The notes under the pieces are model-generated. The model did not search any database, was not told where the DNA came from, and saw only the letters and a list, made by a program, of their open reading frames with translations. From Candidatus Eiseniibacteriota bacterium (GTDB taxonomy: Bacteria > Eisenbacteria > RBG-16-71-46 > CAZAMP01), in the NCBI GenBank assembly GCA_965224245.1, contig OZ245046.1, positions 4,576,001 to 4,640,000 on the forward strand: a stretch of DNA of 64,000 nucleotides, given 5' to 3'. Position numbers and translations under genes: made by a program. This document shows, one piece after another, positions 10,664-20,457 of this stretch (positions are counted from its first letter, which is position 1; each line of letters begins with the position of its first letter).

Positions 10664-11938
10664 TCACCGTCGCCGATACGCGCTCCCCGTCTGGCGATTG
10701 CTGACGGCCATCAGGGCATAGGCCGCCACGGACACGCCGGCGCTCCCGTCGCTGACGTGGCGCTCGGCGACCTCGAGCAGGGTTCCGGTCTCGTCCCAGC
10801 GACCGAGGCCCGCGAGGCCGTACACGCCGGCCGACGTGGATCCGGACCCGTCCACGCGTTCGGCCATCGTGTCGAACGCCGGTCCCCGGCCACCGAACAC
10901 GACGTCCCGGAACGTGCTCGCGTAACGCGCCATCACGTCGGCATCGTCGAAGGAAGCGACACCCTCGAGACTCATCTCGATCAGGACGCGCATGACGTAC
11001 TGCGCGTAGTTGATCTTCTGCCATCCCTCGTCGGTGCCGGCGACCTGATGGGTCCATCGGTAGGCGTCCGGATGCGTCGGGTTGGGCTCGGCGTGCGCCG
11101 CCAGCTCGGACGCGATCTCCTGGGCCCTCGTTCCGTAGAACGGGTCACCGGTGCACGCGTGGAGGTAGTGAGCGAGTCGGAGCTGGTTGCCGCGCGGGTG
11201 GGTGAAGCGCTTGTAGAACCCATCCGTCCACGCCGCCAGCCGATCTCCTCCCTCACGTGAGGTCCACTTGGCCAGGAAGTGATCCTCGAGGTAGTCGACC
11301 CAGAAGTCGGCCGCCTCGGCGTACGTGGGATCGATGTCGCGGTTCACGTGGAATGCGTAGGCCACGAGGGCGACGTTCCCGTGCGTCATCGCCTCGTCGA
11401 GGGGGATCGTGTCCTTTCCGTAGAACGTCTCGGAGGCAGGATCGGCGAGCCAGAGCCAGTTCAGGAAGCCGTCCTCGGTACCGTCGAGCCAGGCATCCGC
11501 CAGGTCGGCGCGATACAGCGTCGAGAGCTCGAGCACGCGATCGAGGTACGCGAGGTCGCCGGTCGCACGGAGCGCCGCCAGGAGAGCCGCGACGTAGTCG
11601 CCGACGTATCGACCGAGGAGGTACAGATCGCCCGAGCCGGCCCGCGCGCGCGCGGTGCCCGCGCTCCGCTCGAGCGCGGCGTTCAGCCGCCCCACCCAGA
11701 GCGTCTCGTCGGCCGAGAGCATGTCGGGATCGAACCGGGGATCCCCATAGAGAGACAGGACGCCCACCGCGTCGGGATCGTCGCCGGTGTCGTCGGCCAC
11801 GGTGTCGTCGGGGTTCGCGTCGGCGGGATCGTGCGCGGCCGACGTTTCACCCGGGTCGAGCGCGCGTTCGGGTCCACAAGCGCTCACGAGGAACACGAGA
11901 GACGAGAAGATGAGCGGGATCCAGTCCGGTCGCGGCAC
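10664..11938 (-). CDS. Hypothetical lipoprotein, aromatic-rich and helical
   Basis: Lipobox VSAC, acidic linker, GAGGA RBS, coding-like codon pattern. Confidence 0.65.
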   Translation of the reverse strand: MPRPDWIPLIFSSLVFLVSACGPERALDPGETSAAHDPADANPDDTVADDTGDDPDAVGVLSLYGDPRFDPDMLSADETLWVGRLNAALERSAGTARARAGSGDLYLLGRYVGDYVAALLAALRATGDLAYLDRVLELSTLYRADLADAWLDGTEDGFLNWLWLADPASETFYGKDTIPLDEAMTHGNVALVAYAFHVNRDIDPTYAEAADFWVDYLEDHFLAKWTSREGGDRLAAWTDGFYKRFTHPRGNQLRLAHYLHACTGDPFYGTRAQEIASELAAHAEPNPTHPDAYRWTHQVAGTDEGWQKINYAQYVMRVLIEMSLEGVASFDDADVMARYASTFRDVVFGGRGPAFDTMAERVDGSGSTSAGVYGLAGLGRWDETGTLLEVAERHVSDGSAGVSVAAYALMAVSNRQTGSAYRRR

Positions 11939-12045
11939 GGCTCATCCTCGGCTCGGGGCGCGGCACGGCGAACGCGTCGGGTCGGAGGCGAGAAGCTAGC
12001 AAGATGCCGACCGCGCTCGCCGGCTGACGTCGACCGGGACCCGCC

Positions 12046-12276
12046 TCAGACGCGCTCCCACTTCGACGACTCGGAGAGCTTGGCCCGTGCGGCGTCCCGC
12101 GCAAAGTAGCGGATGAGCCCGCAGTCGCCGCACGCGACCAGGTCGAACTTCTCCGCCGACCACATGCTGCCGAGCCCCGGCAGGTAGTTCGGTGCGTAGC
12201 CACCCCCCGCGCTGACCGGCTTGACGGTCCTGTACTGTCGCGAGCTCTCGCAGTTCGGGCACGGAGACACCTTCAC
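12046..12276 (-). CDS. Small zinc-ribbon protein
   Basis: GAGGAGG RBS, GTG at 12276; CPNC...CGDC. Confidence 0.7.
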   Translation of the reverse strand: MKVSPCPNCESSRQYRTVKPVSAGGGYAPNYLPGLGSMWSAEKFDLVACGDCGLIRYFARDAARAKLSESSKWERV

Positions 12277-12316
12277 GTTCCCTCCTCTGCTCGACGCGCG
12301 CACGCGTCGCCGCGGC

Positions 12317-13528
12317 TCACTCCGGACCGGAGTGGCTCATGTCCGCTTCGACGTACGACCGGATGCCCTCGGCCAGCGCGGTCACGGCCCGTTCGGCCGC
12401 CTCGAGCTTCAGGTGCCTCGGGCGTCCGTCGGAGTCGAAGTCGAACAAGAAGTCCTTTCTGATCTCGACGGCCAGCGAGCTGGGGCGCCACGACGCGTAC
12501 CGGTAGTGGTCGACGAGCTCGTGCCAGTGATGGTCGAGGTAGGCATGGACGCGATCGTACGCCGCGCGGGCCCGCTCGAAGTAGTCGTGTAGCCCGGCCG
12601 GGGCGTGACGGTAACGGTGCAGGTACTCGCGGAACGTCGCGGTCTCGCTGGCCCGCATGTTGGTGTCGCGAAGCGTGGTCCAGACGAGGTTGTAGGCGGC
12701 GATCTCGTCGTATGCGAGCGTGTGCGACTCCTCGAAGTGCCGCTGCAGATAGTCGAAGAAGAACCACACCTGGCTGCGCACCTCGACGCTTCCGTCGGGC
12801 AAGAGATAGGGGAAGTTCACCGCCACCGGAATCTGGCGTCGCTCCATGGCCAGCGCCACGCGATGCACCAGGATCCGGCTGCACATGAACTCACCGAGGA
12901 TGCTCGGGAACAGCGGATCGAACGCGCCGGTCTTCATGCGTCCCTTCATCTGATAGGACTCCGGGCGCGTGATCAGGCTCACCGGCGGTCGCTGGGTGCC
13001 GCTCACGTTGTGTGGGTCGTACGTGTGAACGGCGATCTTCAGCGAGCGGTGCACGAGCGTGCGCTCCATGCGATCGGAGATCGAGTCGTAGTACCTCGCG
13101 AACAGCTCCGCCTTCTGACCGTAGGTGAGCGTGTCGAAGGGGGGATTGATCGCGAACCGCCCCAGGTGGTCGGCGTCGCGGCGCGACGTTCCGGGGAATC
13201 GGTTGAAGTCGAGGAGCGCGCGCGCGATCGCGACGCGATGCACGCCGCTCAGCTGGAGCTCCTCCGCCAGCCGACGGGCGATCCAGAACGACCCCCAGTC
13301 GCGCTCCTGGCGGAACACGAGCTCCAGCTCGCGACGCGCGGCGGCATCCAGCGCACGGACGAATCGCTCGGGGATGATCCAGCCGTCGTGAATGGCATCG
13401 ACGGCGACGAGGCGATCGTAGTCGGCCACCGTGTCGACCGGGGTGGCCACGAACTCGCAGCAGTGCTCGGTATCTTCGAATGAGAGATCGGGATGGTCGT
13501 CGATCTCGCGGGCGGGTGTCAGCGCCAT
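12317..13528 (-). CDS. N-formylglutamate amidohydrolase-like Zn hydrolase
   Basis: DAIHDG, ERDWG, RALLDFNR, AVHTY, VNFPY, LAVEIRKD. Confidence 0.7.
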   Translation of the reverse strand: MALTPAREIDDHPDLSFEDTEHCCEFVATPVDTVADYDRLVAVDAIHDGWIIPERFVRALDAAARRELELVFRQERDWGSFWIARRLAEELQLSGVHRVAIARALLDFNRFPGTSRRDADHLGRFAINPPFDTLTYGQKAELFARYYDSISDRMERTLVHRSLKIAVHTYDPHNVSGTQRPPVSLITRPESYQMKGRMKTGAFDPLFPSILGEFMCSRILVHRVALAMERRQIPVAVNFPYLLPDGSVEVRSQVWFFFDYLQRHFEESHTLAYDEIAAYNLVWTTLRDTNMRASETATFREYLHRYRHAPAGLHDYFERARAAYDRVHAYLDHHWHELVDHYRYASWRPSSLAVEIRKDFLFDFDSDGRPRHLKLEAAERAVTALAEGIRSYVEADMSHSGPE

Positions 13529-13565
13529 GTGTCGGTTGCTCCGGGGTTTCGGGGGACGGCTGACG

Positions 13566-13574
13566 AGTCTAGCA
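13566..13574 (-). promoter_or_regulatory. Extended -10 element TGCTAGACT
   Basis: Identical 9-mer also lies upstream of the genes starting at 22977 and 38332. Confidence 0.5.
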
Positions 13575-13840
13575 CGGCGTTCATTCGTTTCCGACGTCCC
13601 GGACGTCTCTCGATGGTGCTAATCACTTGGCGTCGTGCTGGTTGAGGGAACCGTGTCCGGTGGCGGGAGCGGTGGCCGATCGGCGAGCGGGGGAGCCCCG
13701 ACCCTCGCGTGAGCCACGATGCCCGCCGGCGAGCTCGCCCCCCAGGCCTCCGTGCCGCCGGTCGTTTGACGGGGCCAGGCCATCGTGAGAGCGTCCCGGG
13801 CAGGCTTCCACGACCGCACTCTCGACCCTCGGAGGACCCG

Positions 13841-15664
13841 ATGCCTGACGGCGACCCCCTCCACGATCGGCAGGACACCCGCTCGACCGATCGGAAGCCC
13901 GGCGATCCGACCACGTGGACCCGGCGGCAGATCCTGGCCGCGCTCTCGGCGCTGGGTCTCGGATCGACGGGGCTGGCCCGCGCGATCGCGGCCGCCGAAG
14001 CGACCGACATCGCCGTCACCGACGAGATGATCGCCGGCACCGGCTGGCTGACCGGCCTCGACCTCGACGCGAGTGAGCGAACGCTGATGCAGGGGCAGCT
14101 CGGTGAGCTCGTGGGAGGCTTCGACGCCATCCGTGGGCTCGACATCGACAATGCGGTGAGCCCGGCCGTCGAGTTCACCCCCCTCGCCGGCGGCGTCGCG
14201 ACACCGCAGCCGGTCAGCGATCGCGACGACGGCGCCGCCCCGATCGAGCGCCGGGCCGGCGAGCGCCCGGCGAGCGACGACGACCTGGCCTTCCTGCCCC
14301 TCACCGAGCTGTCCGCCCTCATCCGGACCGGTGCGCTCACGTCCCGGGAGCTCACCGAGGTCTATCTGACGCGACTCGATCGCCACGACCCCACGCTGCG
14401 CTGCGTCATCTCCCGGACCGACGACCTCGCGCGCGAGCAAGCGGCCCGCGCCGACGACGAGATTCGCCGGGGTCGCTACCGCGGACCGCTCCACGGAATC
14501 CCGTGGGGCTGCAAGGACATCATCTCGGTTCCGGGATACCCGACGACGTGGGGAGCGATGCCCTATCGGGATCAGCGCCGTCCCGAGACGGCCACCGTCG
14601 TGGATCGACTCCAGAACGCCGGCGCCGTGCTCGTGGCCAAGACGTCGGTCGGCGCGCTCGCCTGGGGCGACGTGTGGTTCGACGCCACGACCAAGAATCC
14701 CTGGAAGACCGACCAGGGCTCGTCCGGATCCTCGGCGGGCTCGGCTTCGGCGACGGCGGCCGGGCTGATGGGCTTCGCACTGGGAACCGAGACCTGGGGC
14801 AGCATCGTGTCGCCGTCCACGGTGTGCGGCGTCACCGGGCTGCGTCCCACGTTCGGGCGCGTGAGCCGGTACGGCGCGATGGCGCTGTCCTGGAGCATGG
14901 ACAAGATCGGCGCCATCGCACGCTCGGCCGAGGACTGCGGGCTCGTCTTCGACGCGATACGCGGGCCGGACGGACACGACACGACCGTGATCGAGCAGCC
15001 GTTCTTCTGGCCCTACACCGACGACGTCCGCACGCTCCGTATCGGCGTCGTGCGCTCGCTGTTCGACGCCGATCGCGGCGCGGCAATTCCCGACGAGACC
15101 GGGAACGCCGACGCGCTACGCGCCGAGGCACGTGAGTGGGCCGATCACGATCGGCGGACGCTCTCCACGCTCGAGCGAATGGGCATGACCCTCGTCGACG
15201 TGGAGCTCCCGGACGGACTCCCCATCGACGCCCTCAGCGTCATCCTGACCTGCGAGTCGTCCGCGGCCTTCGACGCGTTGACTCGCTCGGGCCGCGACGA
15301 CGAGCTCGTGAGCCAGGAGGAGTTCGCCTGGCCGAACTTCTTCCGGATCGGTCAGATGATCCCGGCCGTGGAGTACATCCGCGCCAACCGGGTCCGGACG
15401 ATGCTGATGCGCCGGATGGCCGAGCTCATGGCGTCGATCGACGTGTTCGTCGCGCCGTCCTGGGAGGGAAACCACCTCCTGGTCACGAACCTGACCGGTC
15501 ACCCGTCGGTCACCGTTCCCAACGGGTTCCGCTCCGGCGACGGCACACCCACCAGCATCACGTTCACGGGCCGGCTCTTCGGGGAGACGTCGCTTCTGGC
15601 GGTCGCGCACGCGTATCAGGACGCCACCGACTTTCATCTGAAGCGCCCGCCGATCGACGGCTGA
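13841..15664 (+). CDS. Amidase-signature family amidase, probable Tat substrate
   Basis: TRRQIL twin-arginine leader; GPLHGIPWGCKD, GSSGSSAGS, GTETWGSIVSPS; GGAGGA RBS before ATG 13841. Confidence 0.88.
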   Translation: MPDGDPLHDRQDTRSTDRKPGDPTTWTRRQILAALSALGLGSTGLARAIAAAEATDIAVTDEMIAGTGWLTGLDLDASERTLMQGQLGELVGGFDAIRGLDIDNAVSPAVEFTPLAGGVATPQPVSDRDDGAAPIERRAGERPASDDDLAFLPLTELSALIRTGALTSRELTEVYLTRLDRHDPTLRCVISRTDDLAREQAARADDEIRRGRYRGPLHGIPWGCKDIISVPGYPTTWGAMPYRDQRRPETATVVDRLQNAGAVLVAKTSVGALAWGDVWFDATTKNPWKTDQGSSGSSAGSASATAAGLMGFALGTETWGSIVSPSTVCGVTGLRPTFGRVSRYGAMALSWSMDKIGAIARSAEDCGLVFDAIRGPDGHDTTVIEQPFFWPYTDDVRTLRIGVVRSLFDADRGAAIPDETGNADALRAEAREWADHDRRTLSTLERMGMTLVDVELPDGLPIDALSVILTCESSAAFDALTRSGRDDELVSQEEFAWPNFFRIGQMIPAVEYIRANRVRTMLMRRMAELMASIDVFVAPSWEGNHLLVTNLTGHPSVTVPNGFRSGDGTPTSITFTGRLFGETSLLAVAHAYQDATDFHLKRPPIDG

Positions 15665-15697
15665 GCCGCGCTCGCGAGCCGAGAAGCGAATGACGGG

Positions 15698-17398
15698 TCA
15701 CTCGCGGCGGGCGACGTCGTTGAGCGACCAGTCGTATCCGCGATGCGAGACGGCATCCACCGTCGTGGCCAGCGCCTCCTGCAGCGCGTCGTCGCCGTAC
15801 GCCGCGAGCCAGCGCACGACGCCCCGCTCACGGCCGTACACGTCGGCACCGGCCTCGTCGCCCAGACGCGCGAGCACCCCGGTCCACCCGGAAGCCGGCG
15901 CGAGGGGCGGGGGCACGTCGAAGTCCTCCCGGAACCACGCGAAGATCCTGGAGATCTCGACCTCCCCCCGATCGTCCGACAGCGTCACCTGGGACGGATT
16001 CCGGATGAAGTCGGTCGCGGCCCGGTTCAGCTCCTCGTCGAGCGTCGCGGCGTGATAGGCGTGCGATCGGAGGGCGGGACACCCGACCGACGCGCAGACG
16101 ATCGCGAAGTGGATGCGCGGATCAACGAACTCGGGCCGCAGGATCGTGTGCTCGATCGCATCGAGCGTGATCGGACCGCGCACCGAGTCGAACGTGATCG
16201 TGTCCCAGCGCCCGGGGATCATCAGGATCGAGTTCGTCGGGATGAACAGACGCAGGAACGGGAACACGTTCATGTACCAGCGGGCCCCGATCGGATGGTG
16301 ATCGACGATCAGCTTCAGGGTGAACGCGTTGTACGCGTTGATCCAGTAGGCTTCGCGCTGGGCCGAGGTCCAGCCGGCCTCGTCCTCCACCGAGCCGTCG
16401 GCCAGCTCGGCGAGGGTGGCGGCGAACCGGCTCGACGGTGATGCGAGCTCCCGCGCGAGGGCGGCGTAGTCCACCCAGCCGTCGGTCACGTGCACCGAGA
16501 GGACCTCGTCGAACGCGCGGTACTCGTGATCCACGCCCCACGCGCGCGGCGCCGATAGGCTCGCCGCGGCGATCGCGCCGGCGAGGAGGATCCCGCTCAC
16601 GAGCCGGCGCGCGGGGTCGGCGTCGAGCCAGCGCCGGAGATACGCGCGACCGTAGTACCGCGCCACGAGCTCGCGCGGGGGCCGACCCATCCGCTCCTCC
16701 ACCATCAGGCGCGCGTTCGTGACCGCCGCCCGCCAGAAGCCCAGTCGCCGGAACCTGACGGCCGACGTGCGCGCCGGAGACCGCAGCACGTGAATGCGAC
16801 CCCGCCGGCGGACCCGGCGGACGAGATCGACGTCCTCGAACAACGGCTCGTCGCGAAACCCGCCCAGCTCGTGAAACAGACCCGTCGGCATGGACAGCCC
16901 CTGATCGCCCATCGGCGCCGGTCGCACGCGATCGCGGACGTTCGCCAGACGCGACAGCACGCGACAACCCAGGTGCTTCGACGCGAAGGAGAACGAGAAG
17001 GTGCAGATGCGCGACGGATCCGTCTCGAGGGCTCGTGCCAGCTCGTCGAACGCCGCGGCGCTCAGCACGGTGTCGGCGTGGAGAAACAGCACGTGCGATC
17101 CGCGGGCGAGAGCGGCACCGGCGTTCATCTGGGACGCCCGCCCCAGGGGCGCGGTCAGCGTCCGCACCCCCGGCACGCGGCGCCGCCGCGGCCGCCGGGC
17201 CGTGCGCGCGCCGCTCGTCGCCGCACCGGACGCCGAGTGAGTGCGCGGGGCCACCGCGGGATCGTCCGGCTCGCACGAGTGCGCCGGTGCGACGATCAGG
17301 ATCTCGAGCAGGGCCGGATGCGCGATCGGAATGCCCGCCGGCACGATCGGGTCCGGATCGCGAACGGGAACGACGACCGACAGCCGGACCGATCTCAC
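15698..17398 (-). CDS. TIGR04283-like GT2 glycosyltransferase fused to a DUF547 domain
   Basis: LSVVVP, GRASQMNAGA, LFLHADT, GDQGL, LFEDVDL, then a hydrophobic segment, then AYWINAYNA, LDAIEHTILR, DPRIHFAIVCASVGCP, SRIFAWFREDF, YDWSLN. Confidence 0.8.
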   Translation of the reverse strand: MRSVRLSVVVPVRDPDPIVPAGIPIAHPALLEILIVAPAHSCEPDDPAVAPRTHSASGAATSGARTARRPRRRRVPGVRTLTAPLGRASQMNAGAALARGSHVLFLHADTVLSAAAFDELARALETDPSRICTFSFSFASKHLGCRVLSRLANVRDRVRPAPMGDQGLSMPTGLFHELGGFRDEPLFEDVDLVRRVRRRGRIHVLRSPARTSAVRFRRLGFWRAAVTNARLMVEERMGRPPRELVARYYGRAYLRRWLDADPARRLVSGILLAGAIAAASLSAPRAWGVDHEYRAFDEVLSVHVTDGWVDYAALARELASPSSRFAATLAELADGSVEDEAGWTSAQREAYWINAYNAFTLKLIVDHHPIGARWYMNVFPFLRLFIPTNSILMIPGRWDTITFDSVRGPITLDAIEHTILRPEFVDPRIHFAIVCASVGCPALRSHAYHAATLDEELNRAATDFIRNPSQVTLSDDRGEVEISRIFAWFREDFDVPPPLAPASGWTGVLARLGDEAGADVYGRERGVVRWLAAYGDDALQEALATTVDAVSHRGYDWSLNDVARRE

Positions 17399-19155
17399 GG
17401 TAGCAGTCGGACCGATCGCTCGTACGTATGGGGTCCCACGCGCGCACGAACCACGTAGGCGCCGGGCGCCACGCCGTGTCCGTGGGCGTTTCGTCCGTTC
17501 CAGTCGATCGTGACGCGATCGCCCCGCGCGACGCCGAATAGGCGCCGGATGCGGCGGCCGTCGATCGCGAACACGTCCACCACCACCGTGCCGGATCCGT
17601 CCGGCGCGTTCTCGATCGAGAACGTGATCGGGGTTCCTGCCCGTATCGAGGTCGGATTGGGGTACAGCGAGAGCTCGGGCCCGATCGTCACGGTGGTCTG
17701 TGGATCACCTGCCGAGACGGCGGTGTCCTCGGTCAGGTATACGAACACCGAGTCGGCGAGCTCATCGAGGGTCGAGATATCGAGGTCCCCATCACCATCG
17801 AGATCATGAGCCCACGTGTATGTCCCCGACTCGGGAAGCGAGAGCGTGTCGAAGAGGCTGAGATTTCCGATGCCGTCGTTCAGGAAGATGTTCACCGATG
17901 CGCCGCTGAAGTTGGATGATGTCGCGTCGACGTCGCCGTCCCCGTCCAGGTCGGCGGCGTAGACGCCCAGCGGAAACCCGCCCGTGGTGTAGTTGCGGCG
18001 GATGAGGAACTGGCCAGCGCCGTTGTTCGGGAGAAGCACCAGGCGCCCCGGCGACGAGTACGACGTGACGGAGACCAGGTCGAAGTCCCCGTCCCCATCG
18101 AAGTCGTTCCCGTTCAGACACCACGGTCCCACGCCGATCGTGTACGTACCGCCCGAGACGAAGATGCCGAGGCCGTTGTTCAGAAGCACGCTGAGGTTGC
18201 CGGAGTCCTGGTTGGCGACGCCGATGTCGAGCTGACCGTCGAGGTTGAAGTCGCCGGTGCGAATCGCGAACGGTCCGTTGCCCACGTTCGCGTTGGGAAC
18301 ACCCGGCGCGAACGTGCCGTCGCCCTCGTTGAAGAACAGGTAGATCCGGTCGGAGCCGTACGACGTCGTGCAGAGATCGATGTCGTTGTCGCCGTCGAAG
18401 TCGCCACCGTGGATCTGCCGGCAGGTCACGCCGGCGGGATAGGTGGTCGCGGGCGAGAACGTGCCGTCGCTCTCGTTCAGCAGCACCGACATCGTGCTCG
18501 ACGCGATGTCCGCGGTCGCCAGGTCCTGATCGCCGTCGTTGTCGAAGTCCTCGCCGAAGATCGACGACGGAACCGAGCCCACCGCGTACTCGGCGTGGAC
18601 CGGAAACTCGCCGGTGCCGGCGGCGTTCAGGAGCACCGAGACGTCGTTCGAGTCCTCGTTCGGCAGCGCGAGATCGGGCATCCCGTCGCCGTCTAGGTCG
18701 CCACCGTGGATGAAGTACGGGCGGTCGGCGGTGCCGAACGCCAGCCGGGTGTCCCAGGTCGGCTCGGCGACCGGACCGCTGGCGATCGTGAACGCGACGT
18801 AGTGACCGCCGAAGAGCGGGTCGGCGACCGGTCCCTCGATGTCGTCGCGGAGGTTCACGAACACGAGCTCGCCGGGCAGAAACGCGACCGACCCGTTCGT
18901 GAACGTGAGCGTGTTGCCGGCGACGCCGACGGTCCCGTCGTGGAGGCCGGACATGTAGCCCGCGACGCGGACGGCGGTCGGATCGGGCACCGCGGGCGGG
19001 GCGTCGAACACGACCTCGATCGTCGCGAGGTCGGCGTCGACCGCGAGTGCGTATGCCGACGGTGTCGTGTCGACGACCTCGATCGCCTCCGCGGTGGGGA
19101 CGGTGGCCAGGCCCGAGACCAGCGCGTAGCACACCACGTTCGAACGGACGGTCAT
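17395..19155 (-). CDS. Secreted FG-GAP/VCBS repeat protein with N-terminal Ig-like domain and C-terminal FlgD/T9SS-like domain
   Basis: Seven D(F/L)DGDGDxD-type repeats; C-terminal YPNP...VDVFAIDGRRIRRL...WNGRN..G..VAPGAYVVR; GAGGAG RBS. Confidence 0.85.
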   Translation of the reverse strand: MTVRSNVVCYALVSGLATVPTAEAIEVVDTTPSAYALAVDADLATIEVVFDAPPAVPDPTAVRVAGYMSGLHDGTVGVAGNTLTFTNGSVAFLPGELVFVNLRDDIEGPVADPLFGGHYVAFTIASGPVAEPTWDTRLAFGTADRPYFIHGGDLDGDGMPDLALPNEDSNDVSVLLNAAGTGEFPVHAEYAVGSVPSSIFGEDFDNDGDQDLATADIASSTMSVLLNESDGTFSPATTYPAGVTCRQIHGGDFDGDNDIDLCTTSYGSDRIYLFFNEGDGTFAPGVPNANVGNGPFAIRTGDFNLDGQLDIGVANQDSGNLSVLLNNGLGIFVSGGTYTIGVGPWCLNGNDFDGDGDFDLVSVTSYSSPGRLVLLPNNGAGQFLIRRNYTTGGFPLGVYAADLDGDGDVDATSSNFSGASVNIFLNDGIGNLSLFDTLSLPESGTYTWAHDLDGDGDLDISTLDELADSVFVYLTEDTAVSAGDPQTTVTIGPELSLYPNPTSIRAGTPITFSIENAPDGSGTVVVDVFAIDGRRIRRLFGVARGDRVTIDWNGRNAHGHGVAPGAYVVRARVGPHTYERSVRLLP

Positions 19156-19195
19156 CGCATGCTCTCCTCTTCGTCGGCGCGGTCCCGGCCGAGGA

Positions 19196-19204
19196 AGTGT
19201 AGCA
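19196..19204 (-). promoter_or_regulatory. Extended -10 element TGCTACACT for the FG-GAP gene
   Basis: TGn-TAnnnT about 40 nt upstream of the start codon. Confidence 0.45.
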
Positions 19205-19232
19205 CTGTCGCGTAGGGGTGATCCGTTGTACA

Positions 19233-19424
19233 CAACATGTTGCAAACAAGCAACTTGCAGAATGGGGCAACTGGAATCGCTGTTTTGGCTAAAATCCTTC
19301 CCTGAAATGACCCCTCCGCGCTAGACTGTTCGCACAACAGCGCCCGACCCGGTCGATCGGTCGCGTTTCGGCACGGGTCCGGACAGCTCGGTTTTGGCAT
19401 AAAACGAGGCATTGCAACATGTTG
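19233..19424. repeat. 13-bp inverted repeat pair CAACATGTTGCAA (19233-19245) / TTGCAACATGTTG (19412-19424)
   Basis: Exact reverse complements. Each contains the palindrome CAACATGTTG, and the second overlaps the ATG at 19419. Confidence 0.75.
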
Positions 19425-20225
19425 ACGCGCGCGCTGGTAGCATCAGGGCTCGCCGTCGGCCTCCTGGCCGGCGCCTCCGAGGCCTCCGTCTATACGTGGG
19501 ACTACTCGTCATCCGGCCCGGGCGGGATCGATCTGTCCGGAACCCTCGACTACAACCCGGCCGCCGGTGTCATCCGGTCTGTGCAAGCATCCTACGACGC
19601 CGACGCCGAGGTGCTGTCGTGGTACGCGAACATGGGTCAATCGGTGCTGACCGGAGGCCTCGTGACGGACGGCTTCGCGCTGGCGATCAACGGCGGCTTC
19701 GCCCCCACCGGCAACCCGGGCGAGATGGCCCTCCTGTTCTTCGACGGATCCGGCGGCGGCGCCACCGTCACCGCGTACGGCTACAACGGCGAGAGCGTGC
19801 TCTCCAGCCACTACGACGGCTCGCCGGAGTCGGGCATTCAAGAGCCGGATCGCATCGCATCCTCACTCCTCGACGGCAGCTGGGTCCTGGACTCGGTGAA
19901 CCGGCTCGAGGGCGACGGCACGCGGACGCTGGGCTTCACGCTCGACGTGTCCGGGATCAACGCGCACGCGCCGGCCTATCCGGGCGACGATCCGTACACG
20001 GGCGCGCGATTCGGCGCGGAGATCGGATTCTGGTTCCACACGCTCGCCGGCACGTCGACGTCGTACACCGATGGCTACCTCGACCCGAGCTCGTCGGCCG
20101 CGCGGCACGGCTGGTTCGACTCGACGAGCCAGGCCACGGGTGGAGACCCGGTGCCCGAGCCGGCCACGATCGCGCTCCTGGGCCTCGGTCTCGCGGGGAC
20201 GGCCATCAGCCGCCGGCGCCGCTAG
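19419..20225 (+). CDS. PEP-CTERM sorting domain protein
   Basis: Signal peptide ending ASEA; C-terminal VPEPATIALLGLGLAGTAISRRRR. Confidence 0.92.
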   Translation: MLTRALVASGLAVGLLAGASEASVYTWDYSSSGPGGIDLSGTLDYNPAAGVIRSVQASYDADAEVLSWYANMGQSVLTGGLVTDGFALAINGGFAPTGNPGEMALLFFDGSGGGATVTAYGYNGESVLSSHYDGSPESGIQEPDRIASSLLDGSWVLDSVNRLEGDGTRTLGFTLDVSGINAHAPAYPGDDPYTGARFGAEIGFWFHTLAGTSTSYTDGYLDPSSSAARHGWFDSTSQATGGDPVPEPATIALLGLGLAGTAISRRRR

Positions 20226-20457
20226 AGCCCGCCTCCAGCGCCTCTCGAGACCGTCCCCCCCCGCACCGGGGCCGGCGGTCTCGTCGTTTCGGGGGCCGAC
20301 TCATTCCGAGATGCATGGACGGTCCCTCGCCGGGGTCCCGGCCGCTCGTGTACCATCCGTGCGACACGCCGGTACCGGCCTCCCTCGCCCCACCGACGTG
20401 ACACGAAGGTCCCACGCCCGCGCCACACGCGCGCGACACGCGACCGAGGAGGATCCG

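Noticed and set aside
19391-19412. Sigma-54 promoter for the PEP-CTERM gene (TTGGCAT...GC)
   Set aside because: GG-to-GC spacing is 11 rather than the strict 10 nt, and there is no TTGC at -12.
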